The notes below the pieces were generated by a model. The model made no database searches. It was given only the letters and a program-made list of their open reading frames with translations, and had not been told where the DNA came from. 64,000 bases of DNA, from NCBI GenBank assembly GCA_977017645.1, contig OZ360245.1, positions 3,844,001-3,908,000 on the forward strand, read 5' to 3'. A program made the position numbers and the translations under genes. Positions 61,890 to 64,000 of this stretch are shown here, one piece after another; the stretch's first letter is position 1, and the number at the start of each line of letters is the position of its first letter. Source of the stretch: Torpedo marmorata. Taxonomy: Eukaryota.

Positions 61890-62245
61890 CTGGGGGTCAG
61901 ACACAGTGAAGCTCCCTCCGCACCGTCCCATCACACACCCCCGGGGTCAGACACAGAGAGAAGCTCCCTCCGCACCGTCCCATCACACACCCCCGGGGTC
62001 AGACACAGAGTGAAGCTCCCTCCGCACCTTCCCATCACACACTCCCGGGGTCAGACACAGAGTGAAGATCCCTCTACACCGTCCCATCACACACTCCCGG
62101 GGTCAGACACAGAGCGAAGCTCCCTCCGCACCGTCCCATCACACAGTCCCGGGGTCAGACACAGAGCGAAGCTCCCTCCGCACCGTCCCATCACACACTC
62201 CCGGGGTCAGACACAGAGCGAAGCTCCCTCCGCACCGTCCCATCA
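61890..62245. repeat. 52-bp minisatellite (~7 copies)
   Basis: ggggtcagacacagagtgaagctccctccgcaccgtcccatcacacactccc at 52-bp period (61943, 61995, 62047...). Confidence 0.95.
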
Positions 62246-62464
62246 TACGCATTTGGGGTGTATTGCATGCGATGTGTGGTCTCCACTGGGCTCGAGTGGG
62301 CTGTGGACAGTGATGATGTGTAACTCAGTGTGAATGTGATCTCGTGTCATCACTGAACAAACGATGGGGATGTTTTGCAGTCACTGGGCTGCTGCACCCC
62401 CTGCTGGGCTCCTGACGTAGTGCGGGGAGCGGAGGGAGCTCCTCACTATCCAGCCCAGCTCAGC

Positions 62465-63399
62465 CCAAGAACTACAGAACATTACAGCACAGAAACCTTC
62501 CAGTCAGTGCCAAACCATTTTTCTGCCTAGTCCCACTGACCTGCACCCAGTCCATATCCCTCCATACCTCTCCCATCCATGTACCTGTCCAAATTCTTCT
62601 TAAATGTTAACATTGAGCCCGCATTCACCACCTCAGCTGGCAGCTCGTTCCACACTCCCACCACTCTCTGTGTGAAGAAGTTCCCCCTCATGTTCCCCCT
62701 AAACTTTTCCCCTTTCACCCGTAACCCATGTCCTCTGGTTTGTATCTCACCCACCCTCAGTGGAAAAAGCCTATCTACATTTACTCTGTCTATCCCCCTC
62801 ATAATTTCAAATACCTCCATCAAATCTCCCCTCATTCTTCTACACTCCAGGGAATAAAGTCCTAACCTGTTTAACCTTTCCCTGTAACTCAGTTCCTGAA
62901 GTCCGGGCAACATCCTAGTAAATCTTCTCTGCACTCTTTCTATCTTACTGATATCTTTCCTGTAGTTAGGTGACCAAAACTGCACACAATACTCCAAATT
63001 TGGCCTCACTAATGTCTTATACAACTTTACCATAACATCCCAACTCCTATACTCAATACTTTGATTTATGAAGGCCAATATGACAAAACCTCTCTTTACA
63101 ACCCTATCCACCTGTGACACCACTTTCAGGGAATTATGTATCTGTATTCCCAGATCCCTCTGTTCAACGCACTCCTCAGTGCCCGACCATTTACCGTGTA
63201 TGTCCTTTCTTGGTTTGTCCTTCCAAAATGCAACACCTCACACTTGTCTGCATTAAATTCCATCTGCCATTTTTTAGTCCATTTTTCCAGCTGGTCCAGA
63301 TCCCTCTGCAAGCTTCGAAAACGTTCTTTGCTGTCCACAACGCCTCCAATCTTTGTGTCATCTGCAAACTTGCTGATCCAATTCACCACATTATCATCC
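62465..63399 (-). mobile_element. CR1 LINE 3' fragment
   Basis: SKFADDTK, LYKTLVRPNLEYCVQFWSP, RGDL. Confidence 0.9.
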
Positions 63400-64000
63400 T
63401 GATAGGCCTAACAATAATTCCCGAGAGGCAGGAAGTAGTGCAAGAACAGTAGGCTTTTATTAGCTATAAAAGGGAGCTGCAGTTGACCTGCTGAGACCTG
63501 CTGATCTATCCCGGACTGAGGGCAGAGCAGTGGCACAAGGGCCTTTATTCGGGGGAGGAAGGGGGAGGAGCCACTGGGACAGACAGCAGGACATGCCCAG
63601 ACTTATCCCCAGCCCACAATACATATAACAGTGGTTTACCACATTCACCCCTCCTTTTTTTAAAAAGAGTCCAACGGGGTGACGTGGCCACTGTGGTTAT
63701 CTTACAAATACAATGGAGAGTAAAATACAAAGTGTAAAACAGATATATATGAATATATACATATATACATTTACAGGTCGAGCCGATCAGGCGGTCGGAT
63801 CCGCCGCTGCGACCTGCGCAGTACCCGTGGTGACGGGGCAGGCTGTGGTGATGGGGGGGGTGGCAGGGTTGTCTCCTGCCTGGTTTGCAGCAGAGTTGCC
63901 TCCTGCCTGGCTTGCAGTACATCCGGCACCGGCGGGGGTGCTGGGGCTGTCGTGCTGGGGGGGCGGGGTGGGGCTGCGACAAGGGGTTTTCATTGTCGAG
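63400..64000 (-). mobile_element. Gypsy element 3' end: 3' LTR 63400-63643, polypurine tract, pol C-terminus (continues beyond window)
   Basis: LTR starts TGTGGTAAACCACTG like 49412-49645; PPT AAAAAAGGAGGGGTGAA immediately before it; pol end LRRSQRRIRPPDRLDL-stop at 63771. Confidence 0.85.

Noticed and set aside
61890-62245. Regularly spaced repeats resembling a CRISPR array (also 45230-45480, 47613-47945)
   Set aside because: No unique spacers, no cas genes, eukaryotic intron context

Overview
Eukaryotic (vertebrate) genomic DNA, very probably from a cartilaginous fish (inferred from the V-SINE/CR1/Rex1/Penelope repeat complement). Two spliced genes lie on the + strand in the conserved vertebrate order. 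First are exons 2-7 of sedoheptulokinase (SHPK; 1708-14717, exon 1 upstream of the window). About 30 kb later come the first six coding exons of a TRPV1-like channel (44641-61788; N-terminus and ankyrin repeats, gene continues past the window). The rest is mostly mobile elements and GC-skewed minisatellites. Most notable: about a dozen minimal hammerhead-ribozyme motifs carried by Penelope-derived repeats (including a tandem pair), an L1 with a twin-priming 5' inversion and 16-bp TSD, a Gypsy LTR with no tRNA PBS but a perfect 14-bp self-complementary primer stem, an uninterrupted Rex1/Babar ORF, Chapaev3-type DNA transposons, and loss of several regulatory residues in the TRPV channel. The very long Pro/Gly-rich ORFs are artefacts of tandem repeats.
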